Positions 1 through 11,344 of a stretch of DNA of 64,000 bases are shown here, in pieces; the stretch's first letter is position 1; every line of letters begins with the position of its first letter. Below the pieces are notes generated by a model. The model was not told the origin of the DNA and did no database searches. It worked only from the letters and a program-made list of their open reading frames with translations. Position numbers and translations under genes: made by a program. The DNA comes from Eledone cirrhosa (lineage: Eukaryota): contig OZ024742.1 of the NCBI GenBank assembly GCA_964016885.1, positions 354,082,001 through 354,146,000 of the forward strand, in the 5' to 3' direction.

Positions 1-448
1 TTCATTTTGGGTGAGCTCATTTCGATATCACGAGATAATTTATTTTTTTCTTTTGTTTCTGTTGTCGCTGTGGTGGTGGCTTCAACACCTGCACTTGGTA
101 ATGGCGCGAAATGAATGTCTGCCTGAGACAAATTTAAAATATTGCTACTGCTTATATTTTTAGTTTTGGCAAACGTAGAAATATTTACAATGGTGGTGTC
201 GGTGTGAGGTGTTAGTTTGTGAGGAAGATGTGACCCTGAGTCGTCCATGGTTTTTTCAAAGAAAATGTTTTGTTTGATAATTATAAAAGTTTAAATTTTG
301 GGCTCAAGGCCGCAATCTTTTTGAGTCTCCTTTTCAGATAACAATGTATGTGCACGTATATACAGTTAACAATAACATTTTTCCATAAATGGCAATTTTA
401 AACAACTTTGCGGAGCTCACGATGATACGATTTACTACGTAGGTCGCC
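1..448 (-). mobile_element. Tx1-clade LINE family A, 5' end (5'UTR and start of ORF1); continues beyond the window start
   Basis: Collinear with about 15455-15904, sharing the same 5' terminus GGCGACCTACGTAG on the minus strand next to (ATT)n. Confidence 0.85.
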
Positions 449-508
449 AATAATAATAATAATAATAATAATATTAATAATAATAAAAATATAAATAATA
501 ATAATAAT

Positions 509-607
509 AATTGTTTCTCCTTGTTGGTACAATGCCAGCAATTAACTATGTGCGTTACTGGTACTTTATTTTATAACCCCTGTAATGGTGAGAGGGAAAG
601 CTACCTC
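509..607 (-). mobile_element. tRNA-derived SINE, diverged 5'-truncated copy
   Basis: Matches the 3' half of the SINE at 634-823 (AAATAAAGTACCAGT...GCTGGC...AGAAACAATT). Confidence 0.7.
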
Positions 608-633
608 AGAAGAAGAAGAAGAAGAATTTAATA

Positions 634-823
634 ATTATTTCTACTTTTGGCACAAGGCCAGCAATTATCCCAGTGCATTACTGGTACTTTATTTTATCGA
701 GCCCGTAAGGATGAAAGGCAAAGTTAACCTCGGCGGGATTTGAACTCAGATCATACAGTGCCATAATTATATGCTGCAAAGCATGTCGGGCGACCCTCTA
801 CCGATACTGCCAATCTACCGCCC
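634..823 (-). mobile_element. Full-length tRNA-derived SINE with 16-bp TSD
   Basis: Minus strand has A box TGGCAGTATCGG, B box GAGTTCAAATCC and tail CCTTGTGCCAAAAGTAGAAA. GAAGAAGAATTTAATA is duplicated at 618-633 and 824-839. Confidence 0.9.
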
Positions 824-2401
824 GAAGAAGAATTTAATATTACAGTATGGGAAGAAAGTAGAAAAGTTAAACCATAACTGGATTGTAAACAAGATCAACA
901 ACGGCAAAGGCGAAGAGGTATAGTGAGAGTTATTGAAAAACGCAAAGTAGCATAGAATGTTTAATATTGAAGAAGAACGTGTTTTAAATTTCAAAAGAAA
1001 TCTAATTTCAACAGGTGAATGCTCGGAGATTACGATATTTGGAATGGAAAATCGATTAAAACAATTCAAAATAAAACAATTTGAAAAGATAACCCCAGTA
1101 TTTCCAAGGGTTTAATGGTCAAACCAATAAAATAACAAAATAAATCTAGCAATGAAAAAAACAGAAATATCCCTGGAGAAATATGGGAAGTAGAAACATA
1201 TAAGAAATAATTTCATCCAGAGAATATAACAACAAACTATATGATCCTAAAAAATGAATAGAAGAAGATGCAACTGAAAATTACTGTTTAGATTAAATTC
1301 CAAAATGTTTGGTTAAAACACATACAAGACCTTTGCGAAAGAGTACAGCTACACAACTACATCCGAGCTACTTGAAATACACGCAAGGTTTTAGTTGTAC
1401 AAGAACAGAGTGCATGAGTGACGGTGTCGGTGAAATCCTGGTCTCACAAATATTTAACATATACAGGTCTCACTCCTTTGCTCCGATCTCAGTGTTTTCC
1501 ACTTTGATCATGATGAACTCAAACTTGTTTTTGAAAGTCCTCTTTCTCATCGCGTCCACAAGAGTGTCAGCTACAAACTGTGGCTAGTTTTGGGCCTGCA
1601 GCGGTGTTCCAGCAGGGGACATATCAGGAGGTGCTGCGTAGTCTGTGGTATTAATATCTAGAGGAAAAGAATCGCAAAAAATAATGGAAATGCATTCGTT
1701 ATGTTTATATCGAAAACAAATTATATTCGTTTCGATTTGTTTCAAGCAAAGAGCTTCGTTAGGCTTTGTTCTAGCGGTGACAGGGACAAACAAGTGGCAA
1801 CAATATTGTTTCGGAGTTGTTGCCATTTGTTAAGATTGTATATCTCTCTGTGAATCCTAGTACAAAAGGATGATGATGGTTATTTAAAAGACTTAGCGTT
1901 TGAAGATGGTTGCTTGCAAACGAATCAAATATCCTTACTCGATATAAATCTTACGAATGCGTTTATGTATCCGCTATGTTAGAGCGGATACATAGATAAT
2001 GGAAGTGATTACGACTTCATGACATTCGGGATGTTCTGTGTTACATTTAGGCAGGTTATATGACTATCAAACAACAAAATATATTGTTTCCACTAAATGT
2101 GATCAGACTCCCTTTCATAATGTTCCACGTGGGAAATATGTAGTACTTATTACTCTTGAAAGAAGTAGTAGGCAATGATGATGATGATACTAATTATATA
2201 ATAATAATAACAATAATAATAATCATAATAATAATAATAATAATAATAATAAAGGGAAGAAGACGCACGAGGTGACGGAGGTCATGAAATCGCTCCCGTA
2301 AGTTTTGAATGTTTAACATATTTAAACCATTTGTGAAATAACAACTCTTAGTACAAAAGCTACGTAAAGCACCCGGCTTGAGCCCCAAAAAATTCGGACC
2401 C

Positions 2402-3669
2402 AAAATATATTGTTATAAGGCTCAAATATTCAAATATTCAACTTTGTATTGTACACTGTATATCCCCCCCCCAAAAAAAAATGGCTATAAATGGAAGAAG
2501 AACCCCTCCCCTCCTCTCCTCTGGCTACACTATATAGGACAGCTAAACTCACCAACACCAGAAACTAGATACACCACCCACCCCATCATATGTGTACACT
2601 AAACACAACAGCCAGATAACGACACATTTTCACCTTCACCGCCACCGCTCATTACGGCCATCATTAGCACCACTATCCCATCACCGCCGCCACCACCCCT
2701 TGACTCCGCTACAGCACCATCACTACAGTAATACGGTCACATCACCGCCACCACTGCCTCGGTATCGACATCACCACCACCACTGTCTCAGTATCGCTAA
2801 CGCCGCCAGTCTCCCACTTCCCTGCTGGCTGCTACTCCCACATTATAGAATTCCTACTACTAACAAAGAGGAAGGCATCAAAATATATAGATAGACCCAA
2901 AAGAAAAAAGAAAAAACAAACAACAAAACCAAAGCAGCACAGCAACAACAGCAAAAAACGAGAAAAACAAACAGAGAAAAACAAAAACAAAAAAAAGAAA
3001 CCCCAAAAACGTAAAGAAAATATATTGTTATAAGGCTCAAAACGTAAAGAAAATATATTGTTATAAGGCTCAAATATTCAAATATTCAACTTTGTACTGT
3101 ACACTGTATATCCCCCCCCCCCAAAAAAAATGGCTATATATGGAAGAAGAACCCCTCCCCTCCTCTCCTCTGGCTACACTATATAGGACAGCTAAACTCA
3201 CCAACACCAGAAACTAGATACACCACCCACCCCATCATCTGTGTACACTAAACACAACAGCCAGATAACGACACATTTTCACCTTCACCGCCACCGCTCA
3301 CTACGGCCATCATTACCACCACTATCCCAGCACCGCCGCCACCACCCCTTGACTCCGCTACAGCACCATCACTACAGTAATACGGTCACATCACCGCCAC
3401 CACTGCCTCGGTATCGACATCACCACCACCACTGTCTCAGTATCGCTAACGCCGCCAGTCTCCCACTTCCCTGCTGGCTGCTACTCCCACATTATAGAAT
3501 TCCTACTACTAACAAAGAGGAAGGCTTCAAAATATATAGATAGACCCAAAAGAAAAAAGAAAAAACAAACAACAAAACCAAAGCAGCACAGCAACAACAG
3601 CAAAAAACGAGAAAAACAAACAGAGAAAAACAAAAACAAAAAAAAGAAACCCCAAAAACGTAAAGAAAA
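2402..3669 (+). repeat. Near-identical tandem duplication (offset 649 bp) in the Dong 5'UTR, with a 33-bp repeat at the junction
   Basis: ORFs 2592-2894 and 3241-3543 are almost identical. AAAACGTAAAGAAAATATATTGTTATAAGGCTC occurs at 3006 and 3039. Confidence 0.95.
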
Positions 3670-3973
3670 TAAGAATGAAGAGAGAAGCAGGCGGACGGAC
3701 AGAGAAGAGGGGGGAAAAAGTAAAACTTAAAAAACTAAAACTAAGTCAGACATTCGAACACTACATTACAATGAAACTTATGCTTATTCATTTCTGGGGC
3801 CCTTTCTGCCTGTGTGTTTGTTTGTTTATGTGTGTTCGTATACAGCGTGGTGATAATGCCACACAAGGGCCAAGTGGGATGGCGGACCCACAGATGGCTA
3901 TGTAAACATACATTCGCCAATCCTCGATAAGAGTGTTTAAATATCGAACATAAACAGTTCGAATAACGGTGAA

Positions 3974-6900
3974 ATGGAGACTAGAACGTCATGTGACAGA
4001 CTCTCACCCAACAGGTGCCCCCTGGCTCAGCAGCAGGAACCTGACTGTCAACCAAATACTGCTGATGTTGGAGGAAGGAGAAGAAGGAAAGGGGCCAGAA
4101 CCAACTGGACGAAAGAATTGAATAGAACTGTTATGCAATGCTACCTGAAAAGTAACCCCAAGGAGAGGAGCTACAGGAGACGGATGCATAACATCTGGAA
4201 CGAGATTGGTTTATTTAAATTAGATGAACAAAAATTGGCCGGGCAGGCTCGGGTAATAAGAACTAATGGGTGGATAAGCGAGCTGGAACTGGAGGAACTG
4301 AGCAGAGAGAATGGCTTGGAGATGGCGGGTGTAGTATGCCAGACAAGCGAGCCGGTGGGAAATGAAGGTGAGGAGGTCCTGAGAACGGAGGAACCACCCG
4401 AAGCAGACAATGATCTGAGTACTGAGATAAATAATACCTGGAACAGAGATACGGCCACTGAGGAGATGAATGCTGACGGGCTAGGACAAGATTCGGTTGA
4501 CATCCTAAATTTAGTGGTAGATGAATTGAACAATGATAGTGGGAGACCTATGAACCTAAGATTTGTAGACAGGAAAAAGTTAAAAGAAACAACAGCTAAG
4601 GTAAACAAAGTCATCCCATACCTTGAGGCGAGGAGCCTTCACCAGTGCAACAATATCCTCAGAGCAACAGCAAATACGGTGAGGAAACTACTTGGTATAA
4701 AAGCGAGAGGAAACAACAGACAAGAAAGAGCAGAGCCGTGGCGGAAGAAGCGACTGAGTGGGCAAATCGGGGAAATGAGAAATGACATAGGAAAGCTTGA
4801 GTCACTACTGAATGGGACACTAAAAAACATAGGCACTAAAAATAGACTGGAAATAAAATACAAAACTAGGAGTAAAAAGCTAAATATTATCATAGAGGAA
4901 TTGAAGCAACGCATTGTAGCAAAGAGTGCAAAAATCAGGCGATACGAGAACAGAGTCAGTCAGTATAAACAGAACCGCATGTTCGACAACAACCAGAAGA
5001 TGCTGTTTGGACAGCTTGAGGGCAAAGAAAGAGGCAACGACTTGATCCCTGGGGCGGAGCAAACTAAAACATTCTGGAGAGGAATATGGGAGCAGGATGT
5101 TAGACACAATGCCCAGGCAGGGTGGATTGAGACAGTACAGAGGGAGATCGGTGAGCAGGCACAGCAACAGACTGATTTGAGTATCACAGTTGAAACTCTT
5201 AAGGGACAAGCCAAAAAACTAACCAACTGTAAATCGCCAGGCCCAGATGGTGTGCAGGTGTATTGGATTAAACATCTAACATCCCTCCACCCGAAGCTGA
5301 CGGCCATGTTCAATGACTGCTTGGTGTCGGGTGAGGTGCCAGAGTGGTTGACAAAAGGTACCACAGTTCTGATAATGAAATACCGAATCAAGGGTAATGA
5401 TGCTACCAACTATAGACCTATCACATGTCTGCCCGTAATGTGGAAACTGTTGACGAGTATTGTGTCTGAGGAAATCTACCATCACCTCCACACAAACAAC
5501 TTGTTGCCGGACGAACAGAAAGGATGCCGAAAGAAGTCACGTGGTACAAAGGACCAGTTGCTTATTGATAAGATGGTAATGGGGAATTGCAGGAGGAGAC
5601 ACACTGATCTTGCCATGGGATGGATAGACTACAGAAAGGCATTTGACATGGTGCCTCATTCCTGGATCACCAAAAGCCTGGAGATCTTCAGGGTGGCGGA
5701 TAACATCAGACAGTTGCTAGGCAGGAGTATGGGGCCCTGGGAGACAGAGTTGACATCAACTGGAGTATCCTTGGGAAGCGTGAAGATCAAGAGAGGTATC
5801 TTCCAGGGAGATAGCCTGTCCCCTCTGTTGTTTGTCCTTGCCCTGATGCCCTTGACCATTATGCTGCGAAAAGTGAGAGCAGGATACAAGTTGGGAAGGG
5901 GAGAGCTTACCATCAATCACCTCCTCTTCATGGACGATCTTAAGCTCTTCGGGAAAAGTGAGAAGGAGTTGGATGTGCTTGTTGACACTGTCCGTATTTT
6001 CAGCAGTGATATATGTATGCAGTTTGGTATTGGTAAATGTGGAGTCATTGTGATGAAGAGGGGTAGGTTGAGCAGAAGTAACGGCATCCAGATACCAACA
6101 GGTGAGATGATAAAGGAAATTGACTCTGAGGAAGGATACAAGTATTTGGGCGTTCTGGAGGCTGATGGCATAAAGAACAAAAAAATGAAGGAATTGTTAA
6201 GAACTGAATACATTCGGAGAGTAAGGAGCGTATTGAAGTCACATCTGAACAGCAGAAATGCCATAAGCGCAGTAAATTCCCGAGCTGTGTCTATTATTAG
6301 GTACAGTGCGGGAATTCTGAGATGGAATGTTGCTGAACAGAAAGAAATGGATAGGAAGACTAGGAAGCTATTGACTATCTACAACATGTTCCACAAGAGG
6401 AGTGATGTCGATAGACTCTACCTAAGGAGATCTGAAGGTGGAAGAGGTCTTATCAGCATAGAGGACTGTGTTCAGATGGAGAAAAACAACCTATACAAAT
6501 ACGTGACCTATAGTAAGGAGCCAATGCTCAGAGCTGTACTGAAGGAGGGGACAGTAGGCCAGGGGATGTCCAGGGAGGAAATAACATCAAGGAGGAAGAG
6601 CAGCCTTAAGGGAAAACCCCTTCATAGTACCTTCTTTGAGAAAACTGAATTTAGAGATCCACAGACATGGAACTGGTTGAGAAGAGGAGACCTCAAAAAG
6701 GCTACAGAAGGAATGCTAATGGCTGCGCAGGAGCAGGCCCTCAAAACGAAGTGGTTGAAGCACCATATCTACAAGGAGGAGGCCAACCCACTGTGCAGGA
6801 TCTGTGGAGAGAGAGAGGAGACTGTGGCTCACATTGTGTCCGAGTGTAAACACCTAGCCCAGACCCACTATAAGGGCTGGAGACACGATGTGATGGGCAG

Positions 6901-7366
6901 GGTGATCCACTGGCACCTGTGCAAAGTAAACAATCTACCACATTCTAAGAAATGGTATGAGCATAGGCCAGAGGCGGTGATGGAGAACAATCAGGTGAAG
7001 GTGCTGTGGGATTTTAGGATACAGACGGACAAAAAACTGGAACACAATAGACCTGACCTGGTGGTTGTGGACAAAGAAAAAAGATCGTGCCTGATTGTGG
7101 ATGTGGCCTGCCCGTTCGACACGAGAGTGCAAGAGAAGGAGAGGGAGAAAATTAACCGATACCAGGACCTAAAGTGGGAGGTGAAAAGGATTTGGAACTG
7201 CCATGAAGTCAAAGTGATCCCGATTGTCATAGGCGCACTGGGGACTATCTCCAAAAGTTTCCAGGGATGGTTAAAGAAAATCGGCCCCTTCACGCTTTTT
7301 GGAACGCTTCAAAAGGCATGCTTGCTTGGAACAGCAAGAACCCTCCGATACGTCCTGAATATCTGA
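3974..7366 (+). CDS. R4/Dong polyprotein: reverse transcriptase, CCHC zinc knuckle and restriction-like endonuclease (1130 aa, uninterrupted)
   Basis: RT motifs YRPITCL, WIDYRKAFD, GIFQGDSLSPLLF, HLLFMDDLK, YKYLG; CRICG..HIVSEC; RLE motifs RHD, RPDLV..D, DVACP, EK..RY. Confidence 0.95.
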   Translation: METRTSCDRLSPNRCPLAQQQEPDCQPNTADVGGRRRRKGARTNWTKELNRTVMQCYLKSNPKERSYRRRMHNIWNEIGLFKLDEQKLAGQARVIRTNGWISELELEELSRENGLEMAGVVCQTSEPVGNEGEEVLRTEEPPEADNDLSTEINNTWNRDTATEEMNADGLGQDSVDILNLVVDELNNDSGRPMNLRFVDRKKLKETTAKVNKVIPYLEARSLHQCNNILRATANTVRKLLGIKARGNNRQERAEPWRKKRLSGQIGEMRNDIGKLESLLNGTLKNIGTKNRLEIKYKTRSKKLNIIIEELKQRIVAKSAKIRRYENRVSQYKQNRMFDNNQKMLFGQLEGKERGNDLIPGAEQTKTFWRGIWEQDVRHNAQAGWIETVQREIGEQAQQQTDLSITVETLKGQAKKLTNCKSPGPDGVQVYWIKHLTSLHPKLTAMFNDCLVSGEVPEWLTKGTTVLIMKYRIKGNDATNYRPITCLPVMWKLLTSIVSEEIYHHLHTNNLLPDEQKGCRKKSRGTKDQLLIDKMVMGNCRRRHTDLAMGWIDYRKAFDMVPHSWITKSLEIFRVADNIRQLLGRSMGPWETELTSTGVSLGSVKIKRGIFQGDSLSPLLFVLALMPLTIMLRKVRAGYKLGRGELTINHLLFMDDLKLFGKSEKELDVLVDTVRIFSSDICMQFGIGKCGVIVMKRGRLSRSNGIQIPTGEMIKEIDSEEGYKYLGVLEADGIKNKKMKELLRTEYIRRVRSVLKSHLNSRNAISAVNSRAVSIIRYSAGILRWNVAEQKEMDRKTRKLLTIYNMFHKRSDVDRLYLRRSEGGRGLISIEDCVQMEKNNLYKYVTYSKEPMLRAVLKEGTVGQGMSREEITSRRKSSLKGKPLHSTFFEKTEFRDPQTWNWLRRGDLKKATEGMLMAAQEQALKTKWLKHHIYKEEANPLCRICGEREETVAHIVSECKHLAQTHYKGWRHDVMGRVIHWHLCKVNNLPHSKKWYEHRPEAVMENNQVKVLWDFRIQTDKKLEHNRPDLVVVDKEKRSCLIVDVACPFDTRVQEKEREKINRYQDLKWEVKRIWNCHEVKVIPIVIGALGTISKSFQGWLKKIGPFTLFGTLQKACLLGTARTLRYVLNI

Positions 7367-7456
7367 GGCTGCAGGTAGTGGCTTGATATTCAATCCAACG
7401 GACTTTCCAGTTAACCAACATCAATGACTGAGATTCAAGGAATAACAATAGCAATG

Positions 7457-7517
<61 letters not shown>

Positions 7518-9287
7518 GGGAAGAAGACGCACGTGGTGGTAGAAGGTCATGAAATCGCTCCCGTAAGTTTTTGATTTTTAACATATTTAAATCAATTGTG
7601 AAATAACAATTCTTAGTACAAATGATGCATAAATCATCGAATAAAGTCTCATAAAATTTCGGATCCATAATATATTGTTATATCGCTCAAATATTCAATT
7701 TTGTATTATATATTTTATATTCAAAAAAGAAAATGGTTATAAATGGAAGAAAACCCCCTCTGTCTACACTATATAGAACAGCCAAATAACAGCAATTTCA
7801 CGAACACCAGAAACTTGATACACCACCTACCCCATCACCCCGCTGTGTACACTAAATATAACAGCCAGATAACGGCAATTTCACCACCACCACCACAAAA
7901 TGTGTAATTCCAATATTAAGAAAAATATGTCAACACATTTTAAACATACGCGTCTAACCGCATAGATTCACCGACCAAACAAACAAACTACAGTCTATTC
8001 AACAAAAGTCAGTAACGACAACGCCATGACTACAGTCACCGCCGCCACCACCCCATCCATCATTGCTACCACTATCCCATCACTTCCGCCACCACTCCTT
8101 CATTGCTACCACCGCTATTCCCCCATTGCCTTCTGTTAACTTACGAAAGGGGAAGGTGGCGGTATCACTAGACAATATTAATAAACAATATTAATATTTA
8201 ATTTTGGATCAGGAATATTAGAGTCGAAAAGGAGGAAATGGCAAAATGACTAAATAGTTAGCTAAATAGCTAAATAGCTAAGTGGACAGAGAAGATAATT
8301 TCACCACCAAAACCACCACCACTACCACGCTAAAAACTCTGGTCAAGTTGCCTCAACTTCAACACCATTACTACAGTGCTACGATCACATCACTACTCCA
8401 ACTACCTCCTGCTAAGTACTACTAGCACAGCACCACCACCACCACCACTGCCTCATTATCACTACCGCCGCTATTCTCTCCCACTATCTCCCGCTAACAC
8501 ATGCATCCTAATGTCCCCACCAAAAGAGGAAGGCATCAACATATATAACTAGACCGAATTGATGACCCGGTCAAAAAATAAAAAAAAAAAAAAAATCAAA
8601 ATCAAAGCAGCACAGCAACAACGATAAACGTAAATAAAAATGAAAAATGAAGAGAAAAACAAACAGACGGACAGAGAAGGGAAGGGAAAAACTTAGTCAG
8701 ACAGTCAAACATTACATTACAATGAAACTTATGTTTATTCTTTTGGGGTTTTTTTTTTGCCTGTTTGTTTGTTTGTTTATTTATGTTCGTCTACAGCGTG
8801 ATAGTGCCACACAAAAATCACCGGGAGTGATGAAATCACCCGTGGTTATGTAACCATACATTCACCAATCCTCGATATGAGTGTTTAAATGTCGAACCTA
8901 AACAGTTCGAATAACGGTGAAGTGGAGACTAGAATGTCATGTGACAGACTCTCACCCAGCAGGTACTCCCTGGCTCAGCAGCAGGGACCGGCTGTCAACC
9001 AAATACTGCTGGTGCCGGTGGAAGAAGAAGAAGGAAATGGACCAGAACCAACTGGACGAAAGAATTGAATAGAATTGTTATGCAATGTTACCTGAAGAGT
9101 GACCCCAAGGAGAAAGGCTATAGGAAACGAATGCATAACATCTGGAACAAAATTGGTCTATTTAAATTAGATGAACAAAAATTGGCCGGGCAGGCTCGGG
9201 TAATAAGAACTAATGGGTGGATAAGCGAGCTGGAACTGGAGGAACTGAGCAGAGAGATTAGCTTGGAAATGGAGATAAATGCAGCTG
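7518..9287 (+). mobile_element. Second Dong copy, head-to-tail, 3'-truncated (5'UTR and about 120 codons)
   Basis: Same 5' terminus as 2254. 8922-9275 is homologous to the ORF N-terminus, with the start changed to GTG and a frameshift. It ends in (TAA)n. Confidence 0.9.
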
Positions 9288-9324
9288 TAATAATAATAAT
9301 AATAATAAAAATAATGATAATAAT

Positions 9325-10248
9325 GATTTCTTTATTAACCACAAGGGTTAACATAAAGTAGAGATTAAGGACAGTACAGGACAATACAGGACGGAAAAAT
9401 TGTGGATTTCTGCGTGTAAAAAAACAAAAACAGAGGATGTAACAAAAAATAACAATGAAAAATTCCCCAATAGGGGGGATACTTCCGAGGGCCATTTGTG
9501 GAGAAAGCTCATTAAAAGGTCACAGTGACCCTGACCACCAGGGCAAGTGCCCTCTCCCAGCTGTCCACCTTTAATTTACAAACACCTACTCAGAGTAGGC
9601 CCATTCACTCGGGCCATACTTGCTTCTCTCACCCATCTTTCAACAAAATGCTGGGAAGAGAGCACTTCCCTCTCTACCCTGATTTTCCTCTTCAAATGAA
9701 ATTTGAAAAAGTTAATCAGGGCATCACCGAAAAGGGAAGTGCTCGTCTTCAGCCTTTTCAAACGTGTCCACCATACTATCTCTTTCGCCATGGCCACAGG
9801 ATAGATAAAAACTGCCTGCCCTTCCCTTCTAAAGGAAGATGGCGGAGCAATTCTCACGATGGACTCTGCTGATAGCTGGATCCGTCCTACACGTGACAGC
9901 AGGTGTTCGACATAAACCCACAAGTCAACAATGCTCGGAAACTGGACGAGTGAGTGCAGGACGGTTTCGTCGCGCTGCACCCATCTCGGACATGCCCGGC
10001 TGACGGCACCTCCATGCCTGTAGAGTTTATCCCGAACTGACAAATCTCCTCTGTAGCACTGCCAGGCCATGGATTTCTGGAAGTTGTCCATAGGCCCCGG
10101 CCCGAAAGTCCTTCCGAAGAGATTGGCTAGTCGATTTTCGTCGACGCCTAGAGTTTCTCCAAGTACGTCGTCACTCTTCCCCTCCACTAATCCTTTATAG
10201 AACGCCGAGGTGGAGTTTCCACAGATCACATTGCCGGATTGGTCGAGG
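9325..10248 (-). mobile_element. Tx1 family A, 5'-truncated copy with intact 3' end
   Basis: ORF 9576-10229 is the ORF2 C-terminus (FQKSMAWQCYRG, CPR..ETVLHSLVQ). The 3'UTR ends CCTTGTGGTTAATAAAGAAATC followed by (ATT)n. Confidence 0.9.
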
Positions 10249-10264
10249 AAATAATAATAATAAT

Positions 10265-10309
10265 AATTGTTTCTACTTTTGACACAAGGCCAGCAATTAC
10301 CCAGTGCAT
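10265..10309 (-). mobile_element. SINE 3' tail only (45 nt) within (TAA)n
   Basis: TTGTTTCTACTTTTGACACAAGGCCAGCAATTACCCAGTGCA matches the tail of the SINE at 634-823. Confidence 0.85.
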
Positions 10310-10317
10310 AATAATAA

Positions 10318-10645
10318 TGGCTCCTTAACTATGTCATTGTAAAGTTGGGCTAACAGCTCATGAGACTCTGTGAAGGCATTTATCCAAATATTTGGTATAT
10401 TGTCTTCTCCTGGGGATTTCCATTTGCTAGTCTTTCTAAGAGCCAAACGAAACTGTTCAACTGATATATGTTCCCATATTTGTCCCTCAAGGTAAGCTTT
10501 ATCTTTCATTTGTCTGTATATCCATGTGACATGTATATTATGAACTTTTTCTTTGGCCCAGATCTTTTCCCAGAGTTCTTGCACTTCCTCCTTTGGTGGT
10601 ATTGATTTAGCAGTTAGTGTTGACTTGCCAATTTTTTTGTAGAAA
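10318..10645 (-). pseudogene. Dong/R4-like ORF fragment (pre-RT region) of a second family, inverted
   Basis: QELWEKIWAKEKVHN..WKSPGEDNIPNIWI aligns to FWRGIWEQDVRHN..KSPGPDGVQVYWI of the 3974 ORF. Confidence 0.8.
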
Positions 10646-10649
10646 AGAA

Positions 10650-11344
10650 ATCACTGGAAGCTGGAGAAGTTAATATTAATTGTGGAATTGTTCAGGGTGA
10701 CTCTTTAGCACCGCTTTTATTCTGCAACGCACTTATACCATTAAGTAAAATGCTCAATAAAACAAAACATGCATATAAAGTCAATGACAAAACCATTAAT
10801 CACTTGTTCTACATGGATGACCTGAAACTATTTGCAAAAAATGATAAACAATTGCAAAGGCTATTATCCATTGTGGAACAGTTCAGTGATGACATTAAAA
10901 TGGAGTTTGGACTAGATAAATGCGCCAAAGCAGCGTTCACCAGAGGAAAGCTGCTGAAAAGTTCAGACATTAATCTTGATCGGAGGAGTGTGATAAGAGA
11001 ACTTGATCAAGAGGAAACTTACAAATATCTAGGTATTTGTGAAGGAGACGGAATCAAGCACTCGACAATGAGGGAAAGGATATGGAAGGAATGTTACCGC
11101 AGTGTAAGAGCAATCTTAAGAACGGAATTGAATGCAAGGAATAGGATCGATGACATAAACACGCTTGCCATACCAGTAGTAACCTAGTTACAATGTCATC
11201 AACTGGTCAAGCACAGAGATCCGTAGGCTCGATACAAAAATTCGAAAATTCTTAACCATGCACAGAATGCATCACCCTAAGGCAGATATAGATAGAATAT
11301 ATCTCCCTAGGAAAGAAGGAGGACGTGGGTTAATCCAGTTAGAT
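10650..11344 (+). pseudogene. Dong/R4-like RT core fragment of the same second family
   Basis: GIVQGDSLAPLLF, HLFYMDDLKLF, YKYLG, HPKADIDRIYLPRKEGGRGL; frameshift near 11187. Confidence 0.9.

Larger units (their letters stand above)
2254..7440 (+). mobile_element. Full-length R4/Dong-clade RLE non-LTR retrotransposon inserted in (TAA)n
   Basis: Flanked by (TAA)n on both sides. The 5' end GGGAAGAAGACGCACG recurs at 7518. It has a 1.7-kb 5'UTR, a single ORF and a 3'UTR of about 75 nt. Confidence 0.9.

Noticed and set aside
634-823. tRNA gene
   Set aside because: A and B boxes only, with no cloverleaf. The TSD, tail and multiple copies identify it as a SINE.
2592-3543. Duplicated His-rich 100-aa ORFs as an upstream ORF of Dong
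   Set aside because: They have GTG starts, are low-complexity CAC/CCA-rich, and are not preserved in the second Dong copy.
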